A DNA stretch of 64,000 nucleotides from Euglena gracilis (taxonomy: Eukaryota). A program made the position numbers and the translations under genes. Under the pieces are notes generated by a model. The model ran no database searches and had not been told where the DNA came from. It saw only the letters and a list, made by a program, of their open reading frames with translations. Below, in pieces: positions 1 to 14,037 of the stretch. Location: the NCBI GenBank assembly GCA_039621445.1, contig CP154954.1:36255703-36319702 (forward strand). The letters are read 5' to 3'. How positions within the stretch are numbered: position 1 is the stretch's first letter; the number at the start of each line of letters is the position of its first letter.

Positions 1-3000
1 GCAACCAACATTCCCGCTGCATGTTTTTCTTACCATTAAACCACCACAGTCATGAAACCAACGGGTCCCCTGACTTTGGAGGCCTCCTGGAACACCCATT
101 CAGTTACTCGGAGTAAGGCCCAATTTGGTCCATTTTTACATGGTAACCTGGGCTGACCTGGTAAATGTCCCCCGGAATGGTCAAATGCACCCATCTAAAT
201 GTGCTCATTTCTTGCAACCGACATTCCCGCTGCATGTGTTTCTTACCATTAAACCACGACAATCATGAAACCAACGGGTCCCCTGACTTTGGAGGCCTCC
301 TCTAACGCCCATTCGGTTACTCAGAGTAAGGCCTAATTTGGTCCATTTTTACGTGGTAAGCTGGATTGACCTGATAAATGTCCCCCGGAATGGTCGAATG
401 CACCCATCTAAATGTGCTCAATTCTTGCAACCAACATTCCCGCTGCATGTGTTTCTTACCATTAAACCACGACAATCATGAAACCAACGGGTCCCCTGAC
501 TTTGGAGGCCTCCTGGAACGCCCATTCGGTTACTCAGAGTAAGGCCTAATTTGGTCCATTTTTACGTGGTAAACTGGATTGACCTGGTAAATGTCCCCCG
601 GAATGGTCGAATGCACCCATCTAAATGTGCTCATTTCTTGCAACCAACATTCCCGCTGCATGTGTTTCTTACCATTAATCTACGACAATCATGAAACCAA
701 CGGGTCCCCTGACTTTGGAGGCCTCCTGGAACACCCATTCAGTTACTCGGAGAAAGGCCCAATTTGGTCCATTTTTACGTGGTAACCTGGGCTGACCTGG
801 TAAATGTCCCCCGGAATGGACGGATGCACTCATCTAAATGTGCTCATTTCTTGCAACCAACATTCCCGCTGCATGTGTTTCTTACCATTAATGTACGACA
901 ATCATGAAACCAACGGGTCCCCTGACTTTGGAGGCCTCCTGGAACACCCATTCAGTTACTCGGAGAAAGGCCCAATTTGTTCCATTTTTACGTGGTAACC
1001 TGGGCTGACCTGCTGAGTGTCCCCCGGAATGGTCGAATGCACCCATCTAAATGTGCTCATTTCTTGCAACCAACATTCCCGCTGCATGTTTTTCTTACCA
1101 TTAAACCACGACAATCATGACACCAACGGGTCCCCTGACTTTGGAGGCGGCCTGGAACACCCATTCGGTTACTCGGAGTAAGGCCCAATTTGGTCCATTT
1201 TTACGTGGTAAACTGGGCTGGTAAATGTCCCCCGGAATGGTCAAATGCACCCATCTAAATGTGCTCATTTCTTGCAACCAACATTCCCGCTGCATGTTTT
1301 TCTTACCAGTAAACCACGACAATTATGAAACCAACGGGTCCTCTGACTTTGGAGGCCTCCTGGAGCACCCATTCGGTTACTCGGAGTAAGGCCCAATTTG
1401 GTCCATTTTTACATGGTAACCTGGGCTGACCTGGTAAATGTCCCCCGGAATGGTCGAATGCACCCATCTAAATGTGCTCATTTATTGCAACCAACATTCC
1501 GGCTGCATGTGTTTCTTACCACTAAACCACGACAATCATGAAACCAACGGGTCCCCTGAATTCGGAGGCCTCGTGGAACACCCATTCGGTTACTCTGTGT
1601 AAGGCACATTTTGGTCCACGTTTACATGATAACCTGGGCTGACCTGGTAAATGTCCCCCGGTATGGTCGAATGCACCCATCTAAATGTGCTCATTTCTTG
1701 CAACCAACATTCCCGCTGCATGTTTTTCTTACCATTAAACCACGACAATCATGAAACCAACGGGTCCCCTGACTTTGGAGGCCTCCTGGAACACCCATTC
1801 GGTTACTCGGAGTATGGCCCAATTTGGTCCATGTTTACGTGGTAACCTGGGCTGACCTGGTAAATGTCCCCCAGATATGGTCGAATGCACCCATCTAAAT
1901 GTGCTCATTTCTTGCAACCAACATTCCCGCTGCATGTTTTTCTTACCATTAAACCACGACAATCATGAAAGCAACGGGTTCCCTGACTTTGGAGGCCTCC
2001 TGGAGCACCCATTCGGTTACTCGGAGTAAGGCCCATTTTGGTCCATGTTTACGTGGTAACCTGGGCTGACCTGGTAAATGTCCCCCAGATATGGTCGAAT
2101 GCACCTATCTAAATGTGCTCATTTCTTGCAACCAACATTCCTGCTGCATGTTTTTCTTACCATTAAACCACGACAATCATGAAACCAACGGGTCCCCTGA
2201 CTTTGGAGGCCTACTGGAACACCCATACGGTTACTCGGAGTAAGGCCCAATTTGGTCCATTTTTATATGGTAACCTGTCCTGACCTGGTAAATGTCCCCC
2301 GGAATGGTCGAATGCACCCTTCTAAATGTGCTGATTTCTTGCAACCAAGATTCCCGCTGCATGTTTTTCTTACCATTAAACCACGACAATCCTGAAACCA
2401 ACGGGTCCCCTGACTTTGGAGGCCTCCTGGAACACCCATTCGGTTACTCGGAGTAAGGCACAATTTGGTCCATTTTTACATGGTAACCTGGGCTGACGTG
2501 GTCAACGTCCCCCGGAATGGTCGAATGCACCCTTCTAAATGTGCTGGTTTCTTGCAACCAAGATTCCCGCTGCATGTCCTTCTTACCATTAAACCAGCAA
2601 AATCATGAAACCAACGGGTCCCCTGACTTTGGAGGCCTCCTGGAACACCCATTCGGTTACTCGGAGTAAGGCCCAGTTTGATCTATTTTTTTATGTAACC
2701 TGGCCTGACCTGGTAAATGTCCCCCGTAATTGTCGAATGCACCCATCTAAATGTGCTGATTCCTTGCAACCAACATTCCCGCTGCATGTTTTTCTTACCA
2801 TTAAACCACGAAAATCATGAAACCAACGGCTCCCCTGACTTTGGAGGCCTCCTGGAACACCCATTCGGTTAATCGGAGTAAGGCCCAATTTGGTCCCTTT
2901 TTACAGGGTAACCTGGGCTGACCTGGTAAATGTCCCCCGGAATGGTCGAATGCACCCATCTAAATGTGCTCATTTCTTGCAACCAACATTCCCGCGGCAT

Positions 3001-6000
3001 GTTTTTTTTACCATTAAACCACGACAATCATGAAACCAACGGGTCCCCTGACTTTGGAGGCCTCCTGGAACACCCATTCGGTTACTCGGAGTAAGGCCCA
3101 ATTTGGTCCATTTTTACACGGTAACCTGGGCTGACCTGGTAAATGTCCCCCGGAATGGTCGAATGCACCCACCTAAATGTGCTCATTTCTTGCAACCAAC
3201 ATTCCGGCTGCATGTGTTTCTTACCATTAAACCACGGCCATCATGAAACCAACGGGTCCCCTGACTTTGGAGGCCTCCTGGAACACCCATCCGGTTACTC
3301 GGAGTAAGGCCCAATTTGGTCCATTTTTACACGGTAACCTGGGCTGACCTGGTAAATGTCCCCCGGAATGGTCGAATGCACCCACCTAAATGTGCTCATT
3401 TCTTGCAACCAACATTCCGGCTGCATGTGTTTCTTACCATTAAACCACGGCCATCATGAAACCAACGGGTCCCCTGACTTTGGAGGCCTCCTGGAACACC
3501 CATTCGGTTACTCGGAGTAAGGCCCAATTTGGTCCATTTTTACACGGTAACCTGGGCTGACCTGGTAAATGTCCCCCGGAATGGTCGAATGCACCCACCT
3601 AAATGTGCTCATTTCTTGCAACCAACATTCCGGCTGCATGTGTTTCTTACCATTAAACCACGGCCATCATGAAACCAACGGGTCCTCTGACTTTGGAGGC
3701 CTCCTGGAACACCCATCCGGTTACTCGGAGTAAGGCCCAATTTGGTCCATTTTTACATGGTAACCTGGGCTGACCTGGTAAATGTCCCCCCGAATGGTCG
3801 AATGCACCCATCTAAATGTGCTCATTTCTTGCAACCAACATTCCGGCTGCATGTGTTTCTTACCACTAAACCACGACAGTCATGAAACCAACGGGTCCCT
3901 CGACTTTGGAGGCCTCCTGGAACACCCATTCGGTTACTCGGAGTAATGCCCAATTTGGTCCATTTTTACACGGTAACCTGGGCTGACCTGGTAAATGTCC
4001 CCCGGAATGGTCGAATGCACCCACCTAAATGTGCTCATTTCTTGTAACCAACATTCCGGCTGCATGTGTTTCTTACCATTAAACCACGGCCATCATGAAA
4101 CCAACGGGTCCTCTGACTTTGGAGGCCTCCTGGAACACCCATTCGGTTACTCGGAGTAAGGCCCAATTTGGTCCATTTTTACATGGTAATCTGGGCTGAC
4201 CTGGTAAATGTCCCCCGGAATGGTCGAATGCACCCACCTAAATGTGCTCATTTCTTGCAACCAACATTCCGGCTGCATGTTTTTCTTACCATTAAACCAC
4301 GACAATCATGAAACCAACGGCTCCCCTGACTTTGGATGCCTACTGGAACACCCATTCGGTTAGTCGGAGTAAGGCCCAATTTGGTCCATTTTTACATGGT
4401 AATCTGGGCTGACCTGGTAAATGTCCCCCGGAATGGTCGAATGCACCCTTCCCAAATGTGCTCATTTCTTGCAACCAAGATTCCCGCTGCATGTTTTTCT
4501 TACCGTTAAACCACGACAATCATGAAACCAACGGGTCCCCTGACTTTAGAGGCATCCTTGAACACCCATTCGGTTACTCGGAGTAAGGCCCAATTTGGTC
4601 CATTTTTACATGGTAACCTGGGCTGACCTGGTAAATGTCCCCCGGAATGGTCGAATGCACCCATCTAAATGTGCTTATTTCTTGCAACCAACATTCCGGC
4701 TGCATGTTTTTCTTACCATTAAACCACGACAATCATGAAACCAACGGGTCCCCTGACTTTGGAGGCCTCCTGGAACACCCATTCGGTTACTCGGAGTAAG
4801 GCCCAATTTGGTCCATTTTTACATGGTAACCTGGGCTGACCTGGTAAATGTCCCCCGGAATGGTCGAATGCACCCTTCCCAAATGTGCTCATTTCTTGCA
4901 ACCAAGATTCCCGCTGCATGTTTTTCTTACCGTTAAACCACGACAATCATGAAACCAACGGGTCCCCTGACTTTGGAGGCCTCCTTGAACACCCATTCGG
5001 TTACTCGGAGTAAGGCCCAATTTGGTCCATTTTTACATGGTAACCTGGGCTGACCTGGTAAATGTCCCCCAGAATGGTCGAGTGCACCCATCTAAATGTG
5101 CTCATTCATTGCAACCAACATTCCGCTGCATGTTTATCTTACCAATTAACCACGACAATCATGAAACCAACAGGTCCCCTGACTTTGGAGGCCTCCTGGA
5201 ACACCCATTCGGTTACTCAGAGTAAGGCCGAGTTTGGTACATTTTTATATGGTAACCTGGCCTGACCTGGTAAATGTCCCCCGGAATGGTCGAATGCACC
5301 CATCTAAATGTGATGATTTCTTGCAACCAAGATTCCCGCTGCGTGTTTTACTTACCATTAAACCGCGACAATCATGAAACCAACGGGTCCCCTGACTTTG
5401 GAGGCCTCCTGGAACACCCATTCGGTTACTCGGAGTAAGGCCGAGTTTGGTCCATTTTTACATGGTGACCTGGGCTGACCTGGTAAGTGTTCCCCGGAAT
5501 GGTCGAATGCACCCATCTAAATGTGCTCATTTCTTGCAACCAACATTCCCGCTGCATGTTTTTCTTACCATTAAACCACGACAATCATGAGACCAACAGG
5601 TCCCCTGACTTTGGAGGCCTCCTGGAACACCCATTCGGTTACTCGGAGTAGGGCCCAATTTGGTCCATTTTTACGTGGTAACCTGGGCTGAACTGGTAAA
5701 GGTCCCCCGGAATGGTCGAATGCACCCATCTAAATGTGCTCATTCATTGCAACCAACATTCCCGCTGCATGTTTTTCTTATCATTAAACCACGACAATCA
5801 TGAAACCAACGGGTCCCCTGACTTCGGAGGCCTCCTGGAACACCCATTCGGTTACTCAGAGTAAGGCCGAGTTTGGTACATTTTTATATGGTAACCTGGC
5901 CTGACCTGGTAAATGTTCCCCGGAATGGTCGAATGCACCCATCTAAATGTGATGATTTCTTGCAACCAAGATTCCCGCTGCATGTTTTTCTTACCATTAA

Positions 6001-9000
6001 ACCGCGACAATCATGAAACCAACGGGTCCCCTGACTTTGGAGGCCTCCTGGAACACCCATTCGGTTACTCGGAGTAAGGCCGAGTTTGGTCCATTTTTAC
6101 ATGGTGACCTGGGCTGACCTGGTAAGTGTTCCCCGGAATGGTCGAATGCACCCATCTAAATGTGCTCATTTCTTGCAACCAACATTCCCGCTGCATGTTT
6201 TTCTTACCATTAAACCACGACAATCATGAGACCAACAGGTCCCCTGACTTTGGAGGCCTCCTGGAACACCCATTCGGTTACTCGGAGTAATGCCCAATTT
6301 GGTCCATTTTTACATGGTGACCTGGGCTGACCTGGTAAATGTCCCCCGGAATGGTCGAATGCACCCATCTAAATGGGCTGATTTCTTGCAACCAACAGTC
6401 CCGCGGCATGTTTTTTTTACAATTAAACCACGAAAATCATGAAACCAACGGGTCCCCTGACTTTGGAGGCCTCCTGGAACACCCATTCGATTACTCGGAG
6501 TAAGGCCCAATTTGGTCCATTTTTACATGGTAACCTTGGCTGACCTGGTAAATGTCCCCCAGAATGGTCGAATGCACCCATCTAAATGTGCTCATTTCTT
6601 GCAACCTACATTCCCACTGCATGTGTTTCTTACCATTAAACCACGACAATCATGAAACCAACGGGTCCCCTGACTTTGGAGGCCTCCTGGAGCACCCATT
6701 CGGTTACTCGGAGTAAGGCCCAATTTGGTCCATTTTTACATGGTAACCTGGGCTGACCTGGATATCCCCCGGAAAGGTCGAATGCACCCAAGTAAATGTG
6801 CTCATTTCTTGCAACCAAGATTCCCGCTGCATGTTTTTCTTACCCTTAAACCACCACCATCCTGAAACCAACGGGTCCCCTGACTTTGGAGGCCTCCTGG
6901 AACACCCATTCGGTTACTCGGAGTAAGGCCCAATTTGGTCCATTTTTACATGGTAACCTGGGCTGACCTGGTAAATGTCCCCCGGAATGGTCGAATGCAC
7001 CCATCTAAATGGGCTGATTTCTTGCAACCAACAGTCCCGCGGCATGTTTTTTTTTCTATTAAACCACGAAAATCATGAAACCAACGGGTCCCCTGACTTT
7101 GGAGGCCTCCTGGAACACCCATTCGGTTACTCGGAGTAATGCCCAATTTGTTCCATTTTTACATGGTGACCTGGGCTGACCTGGTAGGTGTCCCACAGAA
7201 TGGTCGAATGCACCCATCTAAATGTGCTCATTAAGTGCAAAAAACACTCCCGCTCAATGCATGTTTTTCTTACCATTAAACCACAATAATCATGAAACCA
7301 ACAGGTCCCCTGACTTTGGAGGCCTCCTGGAACACCCATTTGGTAACTCGGAGTAGGGCCCAATTTGGTCCATTTTTACATGGTGACCTGGGCTGACCTG
7401 GTAAATGTCCCCCGGAATGGTCGAATGCACCCATCTAAATGTGCTCATTTCTTGCAACCAACAGTCCCGGTGCATGTTTTTCTTACCATTTAACCACGAC
7501 AATCATGAAACCAACGGATCCCCTGACTTTGGAGGCCACCTGGAACACCCATTCGGTTACTCGGAGTAAGGCCCAATTTGGTCCATTTTTACATGGTAAC
7601 CTGGGCTGACCTGGTAAATGTCCCCCGGAATGGTCGAATGCACCCATCTAAACGTGCTCATTTCTTGCAACCAACATTCCCGCTGCATGTTGTTCTTACC
7701 ATTTAACCAAGACCATCATGAAAACAACTGGTCCCCTGACTTTGGAGGCCTCCTGGAACACCCATTCGGTTACTCGGAATAAGGCCCAGTTTGGTCCATT
7801 TTTACATGGTGACCTGGGCTGACCTGGTAAATGTCCCCCGGAATGGTCGAATGCACCCATCTAAATGTGCTGATTTCTTGCAACCAACAATCCCGCGGCA
7901 TGTTTTTCTTAACATTAAACCACCAATATCATGAAACCAACGGGTCCCCTGACTTTGGAGGCCTCCTGGAACACCCATTCGGTTACTCGGAGTAAGGCCC
8001 AATTTGGTCAATTTTTACATGGTAACCTGGGCTTACCTGGTAAATGTCCCCCGGAATGGTCGAATGCACACATCTAAATGTGCGAATCACTTGCAACCAA
8101 CATTCCCGCTGCATGTTTTTCTTACCATTAAACCACCAATATCATGAAACCAACGGGTCCCCTGACTTAGGAGGCCTCCTGGAACACCCATTCGGTTACT
8201 CGGAGTAAGGCCCATTTTGGTCCATTTTTACATGGTAACCTGGGCTGACCTGGTAAGTGTCTCCAGGAATGGTCGAATGCACCCATCTAAATGTGCTCAT
8301 TTCTTGCAACCAAGATTCCCGCTGCATGTTTTTCTTACCATTAAACCGCCAATATCATGAAACCAACGGGTCCCCTGACTTTGGAGGCCTCCTGGAACAC
8401 CCATTCGGTTACTCGGAGTAAGGCCCAATTTGGTCAATTTTTACATGGTAACCTGGGCTTACCTGGTAAGTGTCCCCCGTAATGGTCGAAAGCACCCATC
8501 TAAATGTGCTCATTCCTTGCAACCAAGATTCCCGCTGGATGTTTATCTTACCATTAAACCACGGAAATCATGAAACCAACGGGTCCCCTGACTTAGGAGG
8601 CCTCCTGGAACACCCATTCGGTTACTCGGAGTAAGGCCCATTTTGGTCTATTTTCACATGGTAACCTGGGCTGACCTGGTAAGTGTCCCCCGGAATGGTC
8701 GAATGCACCCATCTAAATGTGCTCATTTCTTGCAACCAAGATTCCCGCTGCATGTTTATCTTACCATTAAACCACGACAATCATGAAACCAACGGTTCCC
8801 CTGACTTTGGAGGCCTCCTGGAACACCCATTCGGTTACTCAGAGTAAGGCACAGTTTGGTACATTTTTATATGGTAACCTGGGCTGACCTGGTAAATGTC
8901 CCCCGGAATGGTCGAATGCACCCATCTAAATGTGATGATTTCTTGCAACCAACAATCCCGCGGCATGTTTTTCTTACCATTAAACCGCCAATATCATGAA

Positions 9001-12000
9001 ACCAACGGGTCCCCTGACTTTGGAGGCCTCCTGGAACACCCATTCGGTTACTCGGAGTAAGGCCCATTTTGGTCTATTTTTACATGGTAACCTGGGCTGA
9101 CCTGGTAAGTGTCCCCCGGAATGGTCGAATGCACCCATCTAAATGTGCTCATTTCTTGCAACCAATATTCCCGCTGCATGTTTATCTTACCGTTAAACCA
9201 CGACAATCATGAAACCAACGGTTCCCCTGACTTTGGAGGCCTCCTGGAACACCCATTCGGTTACTCAGAGTAAGGCACAGTTTGGTACATTTTTGTATGG
9301 TAACCTGGCCTGATAAATGGTAAATGTCCCCCGGAATGTTCGAATGCACCCATCTAAATGTGCTGATTTCTTGCAACCAACAATCCCGCTGCATGTGTTT
9401 CTTACCATTAAACCACCAATATCATGAAACCAACAGGTCCCCTGACATTTGAGGCCTCGTGGAACACCCATTCGGTTACTCGGAGTAGGGCCCAAATTGG
9501 TCCATTTTTACATGGTAACCTGGGCTGACCTGGTAAATGTCCCCCGGAATGGTCGAATGCACCCATCTAAATGTGCTCATTTCTTGCAACCAACATTCCC
9601 GCTGCATGTTTTTCTTACCATTAAACCACGACAATCATGAAACCAACAGTTCCCCTGACTTTGGAGGCCTCCTGGAACACCCATTCGGTTACCCGGAGTA
9701 AGGCCCAATTTGGTCCATTTTTACATGGTAACCTGGGCTGACCTGGTAAGTGTCCCCCGGAATGGTCGAATGCACCCATCTAAATGTGCTCATTCCTGGC
9801 AACCAACATTCCCGATGCATGTTTTTCTTACCAGTTATCCACGCCAATCATGAAACCAACGGGTCCCATGACTTTGGAGGCCTCCTGGAACACCCATTCG
9901 GTTACTCGGAGTAAGGCCCAGTTTGGTCCATTTTACATGGTAACCTGGGCTGACCTGGTAAATGTCCCAAGGAATGGTCGAATGCACCCATCTAAATGTG
10001 CTGATTTCTTGCAAACAACATTCCCGCTGCATGTTTTTCTTCCCATTAAACCACGACAATCATGAAACCAACGGGTCCCCTGACTTTGGAGGCCTCCTGG
10101 GTCACCCATTCGGCTACTCGGAGTAAGGCCCAATTGGGTCCATTTTTACATGGTAACCTGGGATGACCTGGTAAGTGTGCCCCCGGAATGGTCGAATGCA
10201 GCCATCTAAATGGGCTCATTCCTTGCAACCAACATTCCCGCTGCATGTTTTTCTTATCATTAAACCACGACAATCATGAAACCAACGGGTCGCCTGACTT
10301 TGGAGGCCTCCTGGAACACCCATTCGGTTACTTGGAGTAAGGCACAATTTGATCCATTTTTACATGGTAACAAGGGCTGACCTGGTAAGTGTCCCCCGGA
10401 ATGGTCGAATGCAGCCATCTAAATGTGCTCATTTCTTGCAACCAACATTCCCGCTGCATGTTTTTCTTACCATTAAACCACGACAATCATGAACCCAACG
10501 GGTCCCCTGACTTTGGAGGCCTCCTGGAACCCCCCATTCGGTTACTCGGAGTAAGGCCCAATTCGGTCCATTTTTACATGGTAAACTGGGCTGGCCTGGT
10601 AAATGTCTGCCGGAATGGTCGAATGCACCCATCTAAATGTGCTCACTTCTTGCAACCAAGATTCCCGCGGCATGTTTTTCTTAACATTAAACCACGACAA
10701 TCATGAAACCAACGGGTCCCCTGACTTTGGAGGCCTCCTGGAACACCCATTCGGTTACTCGGAGTATGGCCGAATTTGGTCCATTTTTACATGGTAACCT
10801 GGGCTGACCTGGTAAATGTCCCCCGCAACGGTCGAATGCACCCATCTAAATATGCTCATTTATTGCAACCAACTTTCCCGCTGCATGTTTTTCTTACCAT
10901 TAAACCACGATAATAATGAAACCAACGGGTCCCCTGACTTTGGAGGCCTCCTGGAACACCCATTGGATTACTCGCAGTAAGGCCCAATTTGGTCCATTTT
11001 TACATAGTAACCTGGGCTGACCTGGTAAATGTCCCCCGGAATGGTCGAATGCACCCATCTAAATGTGCTCATTTCTTGCAACCAACATTCCCGCTGCATG
11101 TTTTTCTTACCATTAAACCACGACAATCATGAAACCAACGGGTCCCCTGACTTTGGAGGCCTCCTGGAACACCCATTCGTTACTCGGAGTAAGGCACAAT
11201 TTCGTCCATTTTTACATGGTAACCTGGGCTGACCTGGTAAATGTCCCCGGAATGGTCGAATGCACCCATTAAATGTGCTTATTTTTTGCAATCAACATTC
11301 CCGCTGCATTTTTTCTTACCATTAAACGACGACAATCATGAACCCAACGGGTCCCCTGACTTTGGAGGCCTCCTGGAACACCCATTCGGCTACTCGGAGT
11401 AAGGCCCAGTTAGGTCTACTTTTACATGGTAACCTGGGCTGACCTGGTAAGTGTCCCCCGGAATGGTCGAATGCACCCATCTAAATGTGCTCATTTCTTG
11501 CAACCAACATTCCCGCTGCATGTTTTTCTTACCATTAAACTACGACAATCATGAACCCAACGGGTCCCCTGACTTTGGAGGCCTCCTGGAACACCAATTC
11601 GGTTACTCGGAGTAATGCCTAATTTGGTCCATTTTTAGATGGTAACATGGGCTGAACTGGTAAATTTACCCCGGAATGGTCGAAAGCACCCATCTAAATG
11701 TGCTCATTTCTTGCAACCAACATTCCCGCCGCATGTTTTTCTTACCACTAAACCACGACAATCATTGAACCAACGGGTCCCCTGACTTTGGAGGCCTCCT
11801 GGAACACCCATTCGGTTACTCGGAGTAAGGCCCAATTTGGTCAATTTTACATGGTAACCTGGGCTGACCTGGTAAATGTCCCCGGAATGGTCGAATGCAC
11901 CCACTAAATTTGCTGATTTCTTGCAACCAACATTCCCGCTGCATGTGATTCTTACCATTAAACCACGACAATCATGGAACCAACGGGTCCCCTGACTTTG

Positions 12001-13372
12001 GAGGCCTCCTGGAACACCCATTTTGTTACTCGGAGTAAGGCCCAATTCGGTCCATTTTTACATGGTAACCTGGGCTGGCCTGGTAAATGTCCCCCGGAAT
12101 GGTCGAATGCACCCATCTAAATGTGCTCATTCCTTGCAACCAACATTCCCGCTGCATGTTTTTCTTGCCATTAAACCACGACAATCATGGAACCAACGGG
12201 TCCCCTGACTTTGGAGGCCTCCTGGAACACCCATTCGGTTACTCGGAGTAATGTCCAATTTGGTCCATTTTTACATGGTAACCTGGGCTGAACTGGTAAA
12301 TGTACCCCAGAATGGTCGAATGCACCCATCTAAATGTGCTCATTTCTTGCAACCAACATTCCCGCTGCATGTTTTTCTTCCCATTAAACCACGACAGTCA
12401 TGGAACCAACGGGTTCCCTGACTTTGGAGGCCTCCTGGAACACCCATTCGGCTACTCGGAGTAAGGCCCAGTTGGGTCCATTTTTACATGGTAACCTGGG
12501 CTGACCTGGTAAATGTCCCCCGGAATGGTCGAATGCACTCATCTAAATGTGCTCTTTCCTTGCAACCAACATTCCCGCTGCATGTTTTTCTTACCATTAA
12601 ACCACGAAAGTCATGAAACCAACGGGTCCCCGAACTTTGGAGGCCTCCTGGAACACCCATTCGGTTACTCGGAGTAAGGCACGATTTGGTCCATTTTTTC
12701 ATGGTAACCTGGGCTGACCTGGTAAATGTCCCCCGGAATGGTCGAATGCACCCATCTAAATGTGCTCATTTCTTGCAACCAACATTCCCGCTGCATGTTT
12801 TTCTTACCATTAAACCACGACAATCACGAAACCAACGGGTCCCCTGACTTTGGAGGCCTCCTGGAACACCCATTCGGTTACTCGGAGTAAGGCCCAATTT
12901 GGTCCATTTTTACGTGGTAACCTGGGCTGACCTGGTAAATGTCCCCCGGAATGGTCGAATGCACCCATCTAAATGTGCTCATTTCTTGCAACCAAAATTC
13001 CCAATGCATGTTTTTCTTCCCATTAAAACACGACAATCATGAAACCAACGGGTCCCCTGACTTTGGAGGCCTCCTGGAACACCCATTCGGTTACTCGGAG
13101 TATGGCCGAATTTGGTCCATTTTTACCTGGTAACCTGGACTGACCTGGTAAATGTCCCCCAGAATGGTCAAATGCGCCCATCTAAATATGCTCATTTCTT
13201 GCAACCAACATTCCCGCTGCATGTGTTTCTTACCATTAAACCACGAAAGTCATGAAACCAACGGGTCCCCGGACTTTGGAGGCTTCCTGGAACACCCATC
13301 CGGTTCGGTTACTCGGAGAAAGGCACAATTTGGTCCATTTTTACATGGTAACCTGGGCTGACCTGGTAAATG
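1..13372. repeat. 213-bp tandem satellite array, left arm (about 63 monomers)
   Basis: Period 213 (GCAACC at 1 and 214; ORF echoes at 591 and 804). Consensus GTAACCTGGGCTGACCTGGTAAATGTCCCCCGGAATGGTCGAATGCACCCATCTAAATGTGCTCATTTCTTGCAACCAACATTCCCGCTGCATG...GGAGGCCTCC...TTACTCGGAGTAAGGCCCAATTTGGTCCATTTTTACATG. All copies share one orientation, with scattered SNPs and small indels. Confidence 0.98.
13368..13372 (+). other. Target-site duplication AAATG (second copy 30153-30157)
   Basis: The satellite ...GACCTGGT-AAATG is interrupted and resumes as AAATG-TCCCCGG after the 3' LTR. The boundary is ambiguous by 1 nt at each end, so a 6-7 bp TSD (TAAATG/TAAATGT) is possible. Confidence 0.8.
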
Positions 13373-13783
13373 TGTGTACCAGGCACGATCCCAGCTCTGT
13401 GGGAAACCTGCAGAGTCTGGATCCGTCACAATCTGACGGGTGTGATGAACACAGCCTGACGATCGTGGCAGATCCTATGGGATTTATCGACACGTATCAC
13501 ATGTGCCTGCGTGATCTCTTTTCCTCACAGGTGGTATTCTATTCTTCACATTCTGATTGTTTTGAAGTAAGAGGATTAACCTCTGAAAAGACTGAACTCG
13601 ACTGTGAAGGAAAATCCTTCTACAGCGCCTTGCTTTGTGCTCTGCCTTAGCATAGGGGAATTGGGAAAAGGGCTTTTGTTACTCCAAGGATTTTTACTCA
13701 CCTAAGTAGGTGCGCACCAGGAGAAAGCGAAACAGGCTTTTCCGGGACGAAAGGGGTCAAAGGGAAGTCCTTGGACGTACACT
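13373..13783 (+). repeat. 5' LTR (411 bp)
   Basis: Colinear with 29742-30152 (offset 16369, no indels). 3 substitutions (13440, 13487, 13502). Terminal inverted repeat GTGTAC...GTACAC. Confidence 0.96.
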
Positions 13784-13809
13784 TGGTAGCAGATTTAGGC
13801 AACGATCCT
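13784..13809 (+). promoter_or_regulatory. Primer binding site, complementary to the 3' end of initiator tRNA-Met
   Basis: TGGTAGCAGA directly follows the LTR and is the reverse complement of ...UCUGCUACCA of eukaryotic tRNAi-Met. CGATCC at 13803 is in register with the GGAUCG T-arm. Confidence 0.85.
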
Positions 13810-14037
13810 ATACAGACGTTCCACACAGAGAAACTCTGTGGTTGACTGGTGGTGAGGATCGTACTGAGCCGTGAAACACGGTGAAAGTACTGTTCCTGGC
13901 CCCTAGCCAACCTTTAAGCAAGGATACAGGTCTCAGAAGGCTCTGTTCGGTAATCGCCGATACAACCTTTCTGGTCCCTGTTTCTCTGCTTATTTGTGTG
14001 AATTTTTGGGTTTTTGCCTTTTTACCCATCTCAAAAG

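Noticed and set aside
310-330. CENP-B box-like TTCGGTTACTCGGA in the monomer
   Set aside because: Spacing is one base short of TTCG-N4-A-N2-CGGG and the last base differs.
1-13372. CRISPR array
   Set aside because: Whole monomers repeat with no unique spacers, and there are no cas genes.
13252-13650. 132-143 aa ORF reading through each LTR (also 29588-30019)
   Set aside because: No motifs, and the N-termini differ (satellite versus 3' UTR), so it is probably incidental.
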